This document shows, in pieces, positions 9,156 through 16,977 of a stretch of 64,000 bases of DNA. The stretch comes from Minisyncoccia bacterium. Its GTDB lineage: Bacteria > Patescibacteriota > Minisyncoccia > 2-02-FULL-40-12 > IGHO2-01-FULL-4-A. The notes under the pieces were generated by a model, which was given only the letters and a program-made list of their open reading frames with translations, searched no databases and was not told the DNA's origin. The position numbers and the translations under genes were made by a program. The stretch covers positions 34,683 to 98,682 of the forward strand of contig JBEKBN010000001.1 in assembly GCA_050015375.1 (NCBI GenBank). Reading direction: 5' to 3'. Numbering within the stretch: the stretch's first letter is position 1; each line of letters begins with the position of its first letter.

Positions 9156-10228
9156 GATTGAAATCACTGATCATTTTTGTATCAATATTCGTAATCGCCA
9201 TGATTTCTTTTGGTATTGGTTTCTCTATCCTCAACAAACCGCCGGATTCCTCCAATCTCGCCGACTTGTCGCTGGCGGGGAATCCTTTGATAAACCGGTT
9301 CGTCTCCGACGCGCCCGAAATTACCGTCAAGCCGACCGGGGCGGTCAAGTTATCAAACGACACCGGTGAATATTCGATCCTCTCGCCCGACAAAAACAAC
9401 CTCCTTTTTTACGAGCCCCAAACCGGTCAGATACATTCGATAGACATCGCGTCATCGCTTGAAGGCAACGTCGTCGGCTCGACGCCGGCTTATCAATTAA
9501 AACCCGGCCTCACAAATTTGATCTGGTCCAGCGACCGGAACGAAATTATCGCCACGGGTCCGAAAGGATTCGTATATTATGACCTCAAAAATATCAAGAC
9601 GGTAAATCTCGACGCCGACATTAACCAAATCGTTTTCAAAAATGGTTCGTCGGTTCCCGGCGAAGCCGATATCGCTTATATGTCCGTCTCGCCCGACACC
9701 AATGTCGGCGGGATCTATATCCTCAACGCCGCCACCGGTGAAAAGAAAAAGATCTTCAACATCCAAACCGACAACTGGCAGATAAGTTGGCCGACAGATA
9801 GCAAGATCGGCCTTATGATAAACGGAGGTTTGTTTTTGCTCGATATTGCCTCCGGAGAATTGCAAAGAATGGATCAGAAATATTCCGCCGACGAAGTCAG
9901 CTGGTCGCCGGATGGAAAAAAATTGATCTATTCTTCCCAAAACAAACTCTACTTTTTGGACATTGCTTCCGGTCGCGAGACGGACCTTGATCTCGTCGCC
10001 AGTCCTTCGGATTGCGTCTGGGGTTCATTAGGAGCGGTTTATTGCATCACGGTTGATTCGTTCGTATCCTTCAACTCATTGGTCATGACGCCTGAGCTGG
10101 TGGCTGTTGCCGCTAATCCGTTTGGTCCCGCTGTCGCCGAGCTTAGCGTGGATAGCGCCGCCGGTTATTTGGTGTTCAGAGAAACCGGCTCGAATAAGTT
10201 TTATGGTATTTATTTCACCCCATGGTGA
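9152..10228 (+). CDS. membrane-anchored PD40/TolB-like beta-propeller repeat protein
   Basis: N-terminal TM (LIIFVSIFVIAMISFGIGF). Repeated ...SPDxxxLxY.. units (WSPDGKKLIYSS, MSVSPDTNVGGIYI) typical of PD40/WD40-like propellers. 4-nt overlap with the upstream gene. Confidence 0.5.
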   Translation: MRLKSLIIFVSIFVIAMISFGIGFSILNKPPDSSNLADLSLAGNPLINRFVSDAPEITVKPTGAVKLSNDTGEYSILSPDKNNLLFYEPQTGQIHSIDIASSLEGNVVGSTPAYQLKPGLTNLIWSSDRNEIIATGPKGFVYYDLKNIKTVNLDADINQIVFKNGSSVPGEADIAYMSVSPDTNVGGIYILNAATGEKKKIFNIQTDNWQISWPTDSKIGLMINGGLFLLDIASGELQRMDQKYSADEVSWSPDGKKLIYSSQNKLYFLDIASGRETDLDLVASPSDCVWGSLGAVYCITVDSFVSFNSLVMTPELVAVAANPFGPAVAELSVDSAAGYLVFRETGSNKFYGIYFTPW

Positions 10229-10291
10229 AACTTCCAGTTGCGCCTTTGGCGCATCATGCCGAAGGCATTTCTGGAAGTTCTACTACGGGGT

Positions 10292-11713
10292 TTACTCAAT
10301 GACCGGCCGCGGCGGCCGGAGCATGAGCATGGTTTTGAAGTCGTCAATGGTAAAACCGCCGAAGAGATACAGGATCGGGAAATAGACCAACGACAACAAA
10401 GAGAAAACAATGAAATGGAAATGGCCGAAAGACAACGCCAAGCAAGTGATGGCGGCGGCCAGAATTGATTTGACGGCGATCGAGAAACGGACAGTTGCCT
10501 GGGTCTGTTTTTTTATCAGCCAGAACAGCAAAAAAGTTATCAAAAGTTCGGTCAAAACCGTCGTCCAGGCCGTGGCCATGAAACTGTAGCGGGGGATCAA
10601 GACCAGATTGGCGCCGACATTGAAAACTGCGCCGACCATGTATACCCAGACGCCTTTTTTCTGGAGATTCAGGGCCACCAAGGCGTTGCCCGCTAAATTG
10701 CCGAAAAATATCAGCATGATGGCCACGCTCAAGACCTTCAGAACGCCGACCGACTGGCCGAAATCGCGGCCGCCGATGAGGTTGATGATGTCTGCCGCCC
10801 GAAGGTAAAGATAGCACATGATCGGAATGGCAAAGATCGCCAGAACGTCAAAACTTCGCCGATAGGCCTTCAGGAATTCCTCGCGGTTTCCAAAAGCGTG
10901 CCTCGACAAAACCGGCATCACCAAGCCGATATAGAGCGCCGGCAAGAAGATTATCGCCTCCAGAACTTTGTAAGCCGCCGAATAGACCCCGACATCGTAA
11001 GCCGGTTTCATCAATGACAACAAAACGGTGTCCATCTTGAAATACAAGAGGACAAAAACCAGAGAAATAGCGATGGGCAAAGCGGTGACGAAGATCTTCC
11101 GCCAGTATTTGAGGTCGAATTCCATTTTAACTTTGATGATCCGCCGCGAAAAGAAAAAGATCAAAGCGAAATGGGCAACTTCGGAAAGAACCACCGCCCA
11201 AATGAAATTCAGGAGGGTCGGTTTGGTCAGGACCAAAACAAGAACTATGGCCAACTGGACCGCCCGGGCGATGACATCGGCCAAAGAGACGAAATATATC
11301 CTCAAATATTTTTGGAAAATGCCGATCATCACCTGGCCCAAAGACGACAGGACGGCGTAGATGGAAGCGATGGCGATGCCGAACTTGACCTCGATCGGAT
11401 AATTGAGGGTCAACGCCAAGAAGATCCCGATCAGGCAGAAACCGACGATAAGAACCAGCCGCAAGGTAAAAATATTGTCGGAAATATATTTTTCGTCGGC
11501 GCCGTCGCGGGAAATTTCCCTGACCAAAATGGTATTGAGCCCCATGTCGGCCAGAGAAGAAAATATATACAGATAAGCCAGGATCAAACTGTATTGGCCG
11601 TAGCCCGCCGGGCCGAGATTGCGGGTTAAAAAACCGACAATGATTAAACTTATCCCGCCCAAGAGAAGGCGGGACAAAGCGGCAATACCAAAATTGTAGG
11701 GGATGGTGTTCAA
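10292..11713 (-). CDS. MOP-superfamily flippase (Wzx/PST-family polysaccharide biosynthesis protein, MurJ-like)
   Basis: 473 aa, about 12-14 TM helices. N-terminus ALSRLLLGGISLIIVGFLTRNLGPAGYGQYSLILAY characteristic of PST/Wzx flippases. Confidence 0.6.
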   Translation of the reverse strand: MNTIPYNFGIAALSRLLLGGISLIIVGFLTRNLGPAGYGQYSLILAYLYIFSSLADMGLNTILVREISRDGADEKYISDNIFTLRLVLIVGFCLIGIFLALTLNYPIEVKFGIAIASIYAVLSSLGQVMIGIFQKYLRIYFVSLADVIARAVQLAIVLVLVLTKPTLLNFIWAVVLSEVAHFALIFFFSRRIIKVKMEFDLKYWRKIFVTALPIAISLVFVLLYFKMDTVLLSLMKPAYDVGVYSAAYKVLEAIIFLPALYIGLVMPVLSRHAFGNREEFLKAYRRSFDVLAIFAIPIMCYLYLRAADIINLIGGRDFGQSVGVLKVLSVAIMLIFFGNLAGNALVALNLQKKGVWVYMVGAVFNVGANLVLIPRYSFMATAWTTVLTELLITFLLFWLIKKQTQATVRFSIAVKSILAAAITCLALSFGHFHFIVFSLLSLVYFPILYLFGGFTIDDFKTMLMLRPPRPVIE

Positions 11714-11723
11714 ATCCGGAGCC

Positions 11724-12212
11724 CTAGATCACCAGGGGTTTAATGACGATCCGGCGCCTGGGTTCTTCGCCGATGCTTTCAGTCAGGACTTCTTTGTAAG
11801 AGGCGAGTTCAGTGTGGACCAGCCGCCTTTCATAGGAACTCATCGGCGCCAAGGCCTCGGCGCGTTGTGTGTTAATGACCCGGCTGGCCGCGCTTTTGGC
11901 CAGATCCAAAATATATCTTGACCTGGATTTCCGATAATCGTTGATATCCACGGCGAAGTTGGGAATTTTCTGCTCCGGGCCGCCGACCCGTCGAAAAGCG
12001 ATCAGCCGGATGATGTGCTCAAGAGCGTTGAGATTTTGGCCGTTCTTACCGATCAAAATGCTCAAGTCCTTCTCGGATTCAATGGAGACCACCGGCAAAG
12101 CGCCGACTTCGAAACTGTTTTCAACCAATTTGACCTCGGCCTCAAAACCGACTTTTTCTAAAAGTTCCTTGGCGACAGACAAGATCTGATTGTCCAGTTT
12201 TGTTTCTTCCAT
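11724..12212 (-). CDS. khpB: Jag/KhpB RNA-binding protein (KH + R3H domains)
   Basis: R3H motif SYERRLVHTELASYKEV. Conserved position immediately downstream of yidC. Confidence 0.7.
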   Translation of the reverse strand: MEETKLDNQILSVAKELLEKVGFEAEVKLVENSFEVGALPVVSIESEKDLSILIGKNGQNLNALEHIIRLIAFRRVGGPEQKIPNFAVDINDYRKSRSRYILDLAKSAASRVINTQRAEALAPMSSYERRLVHTELASYKEVLTESIGEEPRRRIVIKPLVI

Positions 12213-12213
12213 G

Positions 12214-12939
12214 TCAGTTGATCGGGTATTTTTTGTTGATATATAGTTGTTCGAATATCGAATAAATGGTGGTCACAACCCAATAAACGACCAAACCGGC
12301 CGGCAGGCTCCAAGCGATTATTATAATCATGATCGGCAAAAAATACAACATCTGTTTGTTCATGACCGAAGCGGTCATGTCCTGGCTGTCTTTATTGGCT
12401 CCGGTCTGGGTCGGATGGATCATGTTTTTGGCCGCCAGGCGCGATTGGATCCACTGCATCGCCCCGGCTAAAACGGCCATGATCGGGTTGTGGGCGGTAA
12501 GATTTATGAAGCCGAGAAAGGTATTATTGATGACTCCCGGATGGCTGATGAAAGAGTACAGACCCGAGACGCCGGCCGGGTTCAAACCCGAGCGGAAAGC
12601 GCTGTAAAGCGCCAAAAGTATCGGGATCTGGATCAAAAGCGGCAAACAACCGGCGAAGGGATTCACCTTGTGGGCCTTGTAAAGATCCATCGTCGCTTTG
12701 GCGGCCGCTTGCTTGTCGTCTTTGAATTTTCTGTTTATCTCTTTTATCTCGGGCTGGAGTTTGGTCAGTTCTCTCTGAGAACGCAAAACTTTTATTGAGA
12801 GAGGGGAGAAAATGAATCGGATGATGATCGTCAGGACGATAATGGCCACGCCAAAATCCCGGCCCGGGATCATTTCATAGAGAAGGATCAGGATATTGAA
12901 TATCGGCCGAAATAAAATTGTGTTGAAAAATGCTATCAT
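12214..12939 (-). CDS. yidC: membrane protein insertase YidC (short form)
   Basis: 241 aa. Conserved YidC core (IIRFIFSPLSIKVLRSQRELTKLQPEIKEI; C-terminal positive tail). Synteny rnpA-yidD-yidC-jag. Confidence 0.85.
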   Translation of the reverse strand: MIAFFNTILFRPIFNILILLYEMIPGRDFGVAIIVLTIIIRFIFSPLSIKVLRSQRELTKLQPEIKEINRKFKDDKQAAAKATMDLYKAHKVNPFAGCLPLLIQIPILLALYSAFRSGLNPAGVSGLYSFISHPGVINNTFLGFINLTAHNPIMAVLAGAMQWIQSRLAAKNMIHPTQTGANKDSQDMTASVMNKQMLYFLPIMIIIIAWSLPAGLVVYWVVTTIYSIFEQLYINKKYPIN

Positions 12940-13160
12940 ATTAAATCGGTCCCGCCGTCAAACCAAGGATTACATCGCAAGATCCGCCAGCCGCCCAGAA
13001 GCACACCTTTGGCGACGCCGAATTTCTCAATGGCTTGGTAGGTGTACTCCGAACAGGACGGGTAAAACCGGCAGCGCATTGCTCCCATGTTCAAAAATCC
13101 GTGATCGGGCGAAAGCGTTTTTTGGTAAAGCCGGATGATTTTAAGTATAAAACTTTTCAT
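12936..13160 (-). CDS. yidD: membrane protein insertion efficiency factor YidD
   Basis: 74 aa with CRFYPSCSEY motif. 4-nt overlap with yidC. Confidence 0.8.
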   Translation of the reverse strand: MKSFILKIIRLYQKTLSPDHGFLNMGAMRCRFYPSCSEYTYQAIEKFGVAKGVLLGGWRILRCNPWFDGGTDLI

Positions 13161-13167
13161 TGGTTGA

Positions 13168-13250
13168 CCCCATTAGAGAGTGTTGATTAATCTTGTTTGT
13201 CTCCAAATTTCGGGGTTATTTTTCTAATTCACCCTCTCTAACGGGGTTGA
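13168..13250. repeat. CCCGTTAGA...TCTAACGGG-family palindromic element; right arm forms the 3' end of rnpA
   Basis: CCCCATTAGAGAG (13168-80) ... CTCTCTAACGGGG (13238-50) inverted termini with one A/G mismatch. Lies between the rnpA stop and the yidD start. Confidence 0.55.
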
Positions 13251-13575
13251 CAGATATTTTTTTGATGTTTTTTTCGATTTGCCCCTTGATTTCATCAAAC
13301 GACTTCTCTAGGATGATTGGGGTCGCCGTGATGACGGCGTCCAGCGGTAAATTTAAAAATAATTTCAGGGCTTCGGATATTCTTCTTTTTATCCGGTTCC
13401 GGTCAACGCTTTTTTTCGAGACCGAAACGGGCACGACGATGCCCCAGCGGGCGAAGTCCCGTCCGTTGGCCAGATACCTGATAAAGAAAAAACTGTTTTG
13501 GACAGTTTTCCCCTCTCTAAAAAGGCGGCGGAAGTCGTCTTTGGCGGTAATCCTGTTTTTTTTGGGTAAAGCCAT
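13216..13575 (-). CDS. rnpA: ribonuclease P protein component RnpA
   Basis: KKNRITAKDDFRRLFREGK...IRYLANGRDFARWGIVVPVSVSKKSVDRNRIKRRI typical RnpA; rpmH directly upstream. The last ~11 codons (VNPVREGELEK) are encoded by the palindromic element arm. Confidence 0.85.
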   Translation of the reverse strand: MALPKKNRITAKDDFRRLFREGKTVQNSFFFIRYLANGRDFARWGIVVPVSVSKKSVDRNRIKRRISEALKLFLNLPLDAVITATPIILEKSFDEIKGQIEKNIKKISVNPVREGELEK

Positions 13576-13584
13576 GCCAAAACA

Positions 13585-13722
13585 TTAAACGGTGATCCTT
13601 TTTCTGCCTTTCGCCCGTCTCCGGGCCAGGACCTTCCTGCCGTTTTTTGTCAGGGCGCGCTTCAGATATCCGTGCTTCGCTTTCCTTTTTTTCTTTCTGG
13701 GCCGATAAAGTGTGATTTTCAT
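13585..13722 (-). CDS. rpmH: 50S ribosomal protein L34
   Basis: [45 protein letters not shown]; ATG at 13722 checked on the sequence. The longer track ORF is an upstream extension. Confidence 0.85.
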   Translation of the reverse strand: MKITLYRPRKKKRKAKHGYLKRALTKNGRKVLARRRAKGRKRITV

Positions 13723-13918
13723 GGATTTTCGCGGCTGTCGCCGATAATTTAATTTACATAATCTTAACAAATTATCATGATAAAATCAAATTTGGAAACC
13801 ACCGGGCCGGGTCTTTTCCCTGCGGATATTCGCGGTTTTGCGATATCCACTTTTTGTTCACAGATTATCAACCTTCGCCTTATCCCTTTCGTTGACCGTT
13901 TAACCTATACTTAACACC
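13723..13918. promoter_or_regulatory. rpmH-dnaA intergenic region with DnaA-box-like 9-mers (oriC part / dnaA promoter)
   Basis: TTATCATGA (13771), GATATCCAC (13841), GATTATCAACC (13862), TTATCCCTT (13877); AT-rich; classic origin synteny. Confidence 0.5.
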
Positions 13919-15289
13919 ATGACCAACGACGAGCTTTGGAAGGCCGTACTGAGCGAGATGGAAGTTTCTCTTTCAAGGGCTAATTTTACGACTTGGTTCA
14001 AGGGAACCACGATCGTTTCAAATTCGAACGGCGCCGTTTTGGTCAGCGTCCCCAATGGTTTTGTCAAAGAGTGGCTCGAAAATAAGTTTAATAAGCAAAT
14101 CTTCAAAGTGGTCCAGAATTACCACCCCGAGATCCGCGAGATAAAATATGCCGTCGGCAATAACCGCTCCCATTCTATCTTACCTAAAAAAGATTTTGCC
14201 CAATTCATTCCCGAGAAGATGGTTGACGACAGGTCCGATGCCGACATCGACAAGGTCACCAACCTCAACAAGCGCTACACTTTCGACTCCTACGTCATCG
14301 GCTCGAACAATGAGCTGGCTCACGCGGCCAGTTTGTCGGTGGCCAAAACCCCGGGCAAATTGTACAATCCGCTTTTCATCTACGGCGGGGTGGGGCTTGG
14401 CAAGACCCATCTCCTTCAGGCCACCGGCAATTTCATTTGTTCCAGATTCCCCGACAAAAAGGTTTCCTACATCTCTTCGGAACGGCTGACCTCGGACATT
14501 GTCGAATCCATCAAAAACCGGACTATCGAAGAGATGAAGCAACGCTATGCCAAACTTGATCTTCTTATCATCGACGATATTCAATTCATCGCCGGCAAAG
14601 AAAAGACCCAGGACATATTTTTCTCCACCTTCAACGAGCTTTATGGCAAGAACAAACAGATCGTCCTTTCTTCCGACCGGCCGCCGAGCGCCATTCCGGC
14701 CCTCGAAGCCCGACTGCGGTCGCGGTTCGAAGGCGGCATGCTGGCTGACATCGGCGCCCCAGATTATGAAACCCGCCTGGCAATACTTAAGATCAAAGCC
14801 AAAGAAAAGATCTTCGATATCGACAACGATTCTCTTTCATATATCGCCACCAATATCCAGAAGAATATCCGGGAACTTGAAGGCGCCCTGAACCGGATCA
14901 TCGCTTTCAGCCAGATCTACAATAAAGTTCCCAACCTCAAAGAGGTCAAAAAATTATTAGCGGCATATTTAAGCACGCCCTTCCGGAAAACCACTTATCA
15001 GTCCATCCTGAAATCAGTCGCCGATTTTTATGGCGTTTCTCTCAATGACCTGACCAAGAGGAGCCGGAAAAAAGAAGTGGTCCGGCCCCGCCAGGTGGCT
15101 ATGTTTTTGCTCCGCGAGGAAGCCAAATTGTCTTTTCCCGAGATCGGCTCCAAGCTTGGCGGCCGCGATCATTCCACGGCCATTCACGCCTATGAAAAGA
15201 TAAAAAAAGAAGAGGATGGAAACGAGAACACCAAACAGGAATTGGTTTTGATCAAAGAACGGCTTTATCAATCATTTGAAAGTTCGTAA
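13919..15289 (+). CDS. dnaA: chromosomal replication initiator DnaA
   Basis: Walker A GGVGLGKTHLLQA; Walker B LLIIDDIQF; sensor II and DnaA-box-binding C-terminal helix-turn-helix (VAMFLLRE...LGGRDHSTAIHA). Confidence 0.95.
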   Translation: MTNDELWKAVLSEMEVSLSRANFTTWFKGTTIVSNSNGAVLVSVPNGFVKEWLENKFNKQIFKVVQNYHPEIREIKYAVGNNRSHSILPKKDFAQFIPEKMVDDRSDADIDKVTNLNKRYTFDSYVIGSNNELAHAASLSVAKTPGKLYNPLFIYGGVGLGKTHLLQATGNFICSRFPDKKVSYISSERLTSDIVESIKNRTIEEMKQRYAKLDLLIIDDIQFIAGKEKTQDIFFSTFNELYGKNKQIVLSSDRPPSAIPALEARLRSRFEGGMLADIGAPDYETRLAILKIKAKEKIFDIDNDSLSYIATNIQKNIRELEGALNRIIAFSQIYNKVPNLKEVKKLLAAYLSTPFRKTTYQSILKSVADFYGVSLNDLTKRSRKKEVVRPRQVAMFLLREEAKLSFPEIGSKLGGRDHSTAIHAYEKIKKEEDGNENTKQELVLIKERLYQSFESS

Positions 15290-15522
15290 GGATACCAAAA
15301 ACTGTGGACAAGTATGTTCATGAATATCTCATGAGCGGCCGATAAATACTTGCTTGATTTTTCAAAATGATTCGCGGTATATTTTTTATCAGTCAGTTGT
15401 GAAATATTTACCACGATATTATTAACACAATGTTAGTTCCGAAAAGCCAGAGGATCATTGGACCAAATCGACAAAACAAAACTTATCAACAATCTTAATA
15501 GTAATGATTTCTTTTCTTTAAT
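15290..15522. promoter_or_regulatory. dnaA-dnaN intergenic AT-rich region with DnaA boxes (probable oriC unwinding part)
   Basis: TGTGGACAA (15303-15311) is the reverse complement of the TTGTCCACA box. TTATCAACA at 15486-15494. AT-rich tract 15500-15522. Confidence 0.5.
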
Positions 15523-16611
15523 ATGAATATAATTATTAACAGACAAAAACTTCAGTCGGCGCTTGGCGTGGTCGAGAAAATAATTTCCAAGAATGTTTCT
15601 TTGCCGATCCTCAATACCATTTTACTTAAAACCGAGAACGGCCGGCTGAAATTGTCGGCTACTAATTTGGAAATGGGCATCAAGTACTGGGTCGGCGCCA
15701 AAATAAACAAAGAAGGCGAAGTCGCCGTGCCCGCCAGAGTATTTTCTGATTTCATCAGCAACGTCAATGACGAAAAACTGAATCTGTCGGTGGAAAAAAA
15801 CGTCATTTCCATAAATTCTGAGCATTACAAAACCCAAATTCTGGGTCTTGATACCAAAGAATATCCGATCCTGCCCAAAGCCAAGAATGCCGTCGAATTC
15901 AAGATTTCCAGCTCGACCCTGAAGAATTCTCTGGCGTCGGTATTCGATTCCTCCTCGCTTTCCGAAACCAGACCGGAGATCGCCGGCGTCCTTTTGAATG
16001 TCGGCAAAAACAAAGCCGAATTCGCCGCCACCGACAGTTTTCGCCTGGCCGAGAAAATAATTGACGTCCGGGACGGCATAGACCGTTCAATGATCATTCC
16101 CCGGACGACGGCCTTGGAATTGATGCGGATCTCGGAAGGCGCCGAACAGGAATTGACTCTGGCGGTGGCCGACAATCAGCTTTTCGTTTCAGGCGAGGAT
16201 TTTGAATTCGTTTCCCGGCTCATTGACGGCCATTACCCGGAATACAAAAAAGTCATTCCCGAACGATTCGTGGCTTTGGCCAAAGTTGATAAGGCCGAAT
16301 TTGAGAGAAATATCCGGATGGCCAGCGTTTTTTCTTCCAATGTTTTTGATATCAAACTCAAAGCCGCCGGCAACCTGCTCCAAATAAAAGCCCAAAACAA
16401 CGATCGCGGGGAGATCCTGACCAACATTCCCTGCCTGGTGAAAGACGGACCGTTCGAGGTTTCGGTCAATTATCATTATCTTTTGGATGGCATCAAATCA
16501 ATTCCGACGGCCAATCTCATCATCCAATTCACCGGCGACGGCAGTCCTTTGGTTCTCAAAGGCGAAGAGAAAAAAGACCAGACGTATATCATAATGCCGT
16601 TGAGGGGCTAA
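15523..16611 (+). CDS. dnaN: DNA polymerase III beta sliding clamp
   Basis: 362 aa. MNIIINRQKLQSALGVVEKIISKNVSLPILNTILLKTENGRLKLSATNLEMGIKYW typical DnaN N-terminus. Confidence 0.9.
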   Translation: MNIIINRQKLQSALGVVEKIISKNVSLPILNTILLKTENGRLKLSATNLEMGIKYWVGAKINKEGEVAVPARVFSDFISNVNDEKLNLSVEKNVISINSEHYKTQILGLDTKEYPILPKAKNAVEFKISSSTLKNSLASVFDSSSLSETRPEIAGVLLNVGKNKAEFAATDSFRLAEKIIDVRDGIDRSMIIPRTTALELMRISEGAEQELTLAVADNQLFVSGEDFEFVSRLIDGHYPEYKKVIPERFVALAKVDKAEFERNIRMASVFSSNVFDIKLKAAGNLLQIKAQNNDRGEILTNIPCLVKDGPFEVSVNYHYLLDGIKSIPTANLIIQFTGDGSPLVLKGEEKKDQTYIIMPLRG

Positions 16612-16618
16612 TCGTGGA

Positions 16619-16684
16619 CCCCGTTAGAGTCCACGCCCGCGCTTGCGCGTCCGTAGGACTTGGGCGGGTCTGACTCTAACGGGG
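16619..16684. repeat. CCCGTTAGA...TCTAACGGG-family palindromic element (copy a)
   Basis: CCCCGTTAGAGTCCACGCCCGCGCTTGCGCGTCCGTAGGACTTGGGCGGGTCTGACTCTAACGGGG. About 90% identical to the reverse complement of the 19120-19183 copy. Confidence 0.7.
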
Positions 16685-16965
16685 TGGATAGTTTGAAATC
16701 AAAACTCGATTCTCTCAAACAAAAATTGACCGCCAACGAGGAGGCGGATAAAAAACTGAGAGCCGATATTAACGGCGTCCTGGAGGCGATATTCCGGAAC
16801 CAGCGGCTTGGACCCGGACAGATCAGAGAGTTTCATCTCAAGAACGGGGTCTTGTTTTTGGAGGCAAAAAACAAGGTTGTCGCCAACGAACTTTTTCTCA
16901 AAAAAGAAGAGCTCAAAGCGCTTCTTCAAAAAAACAAAGACATCAAAGACGTGGTGATAAGATGA
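16684..16965 (+). CDS. DUF721/DciA-like small protein (start codon uncertain)
   Basis: About 95 aa. C-terminal NGVLFLEAKNKVVANELFLKKEELKALL resembles DUF721. Gene position after dnaN matches B. subtilis yaaB. Track start 16660 (TTG) lies inside the hairpin; GTG at 16684 or TTG at 16693 more likely. Confidence 0.4.
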   Translation: MDSLKSKLDSLKQKLTANEEADKKLRADINGVLEAIFRNQRLGPGQIREFHLKNGVLFLEAKNKVVANELFLKKEELKALLQKNKDIKDVVIR

Positions 16966-16977
16966 GAAGATTTATGG

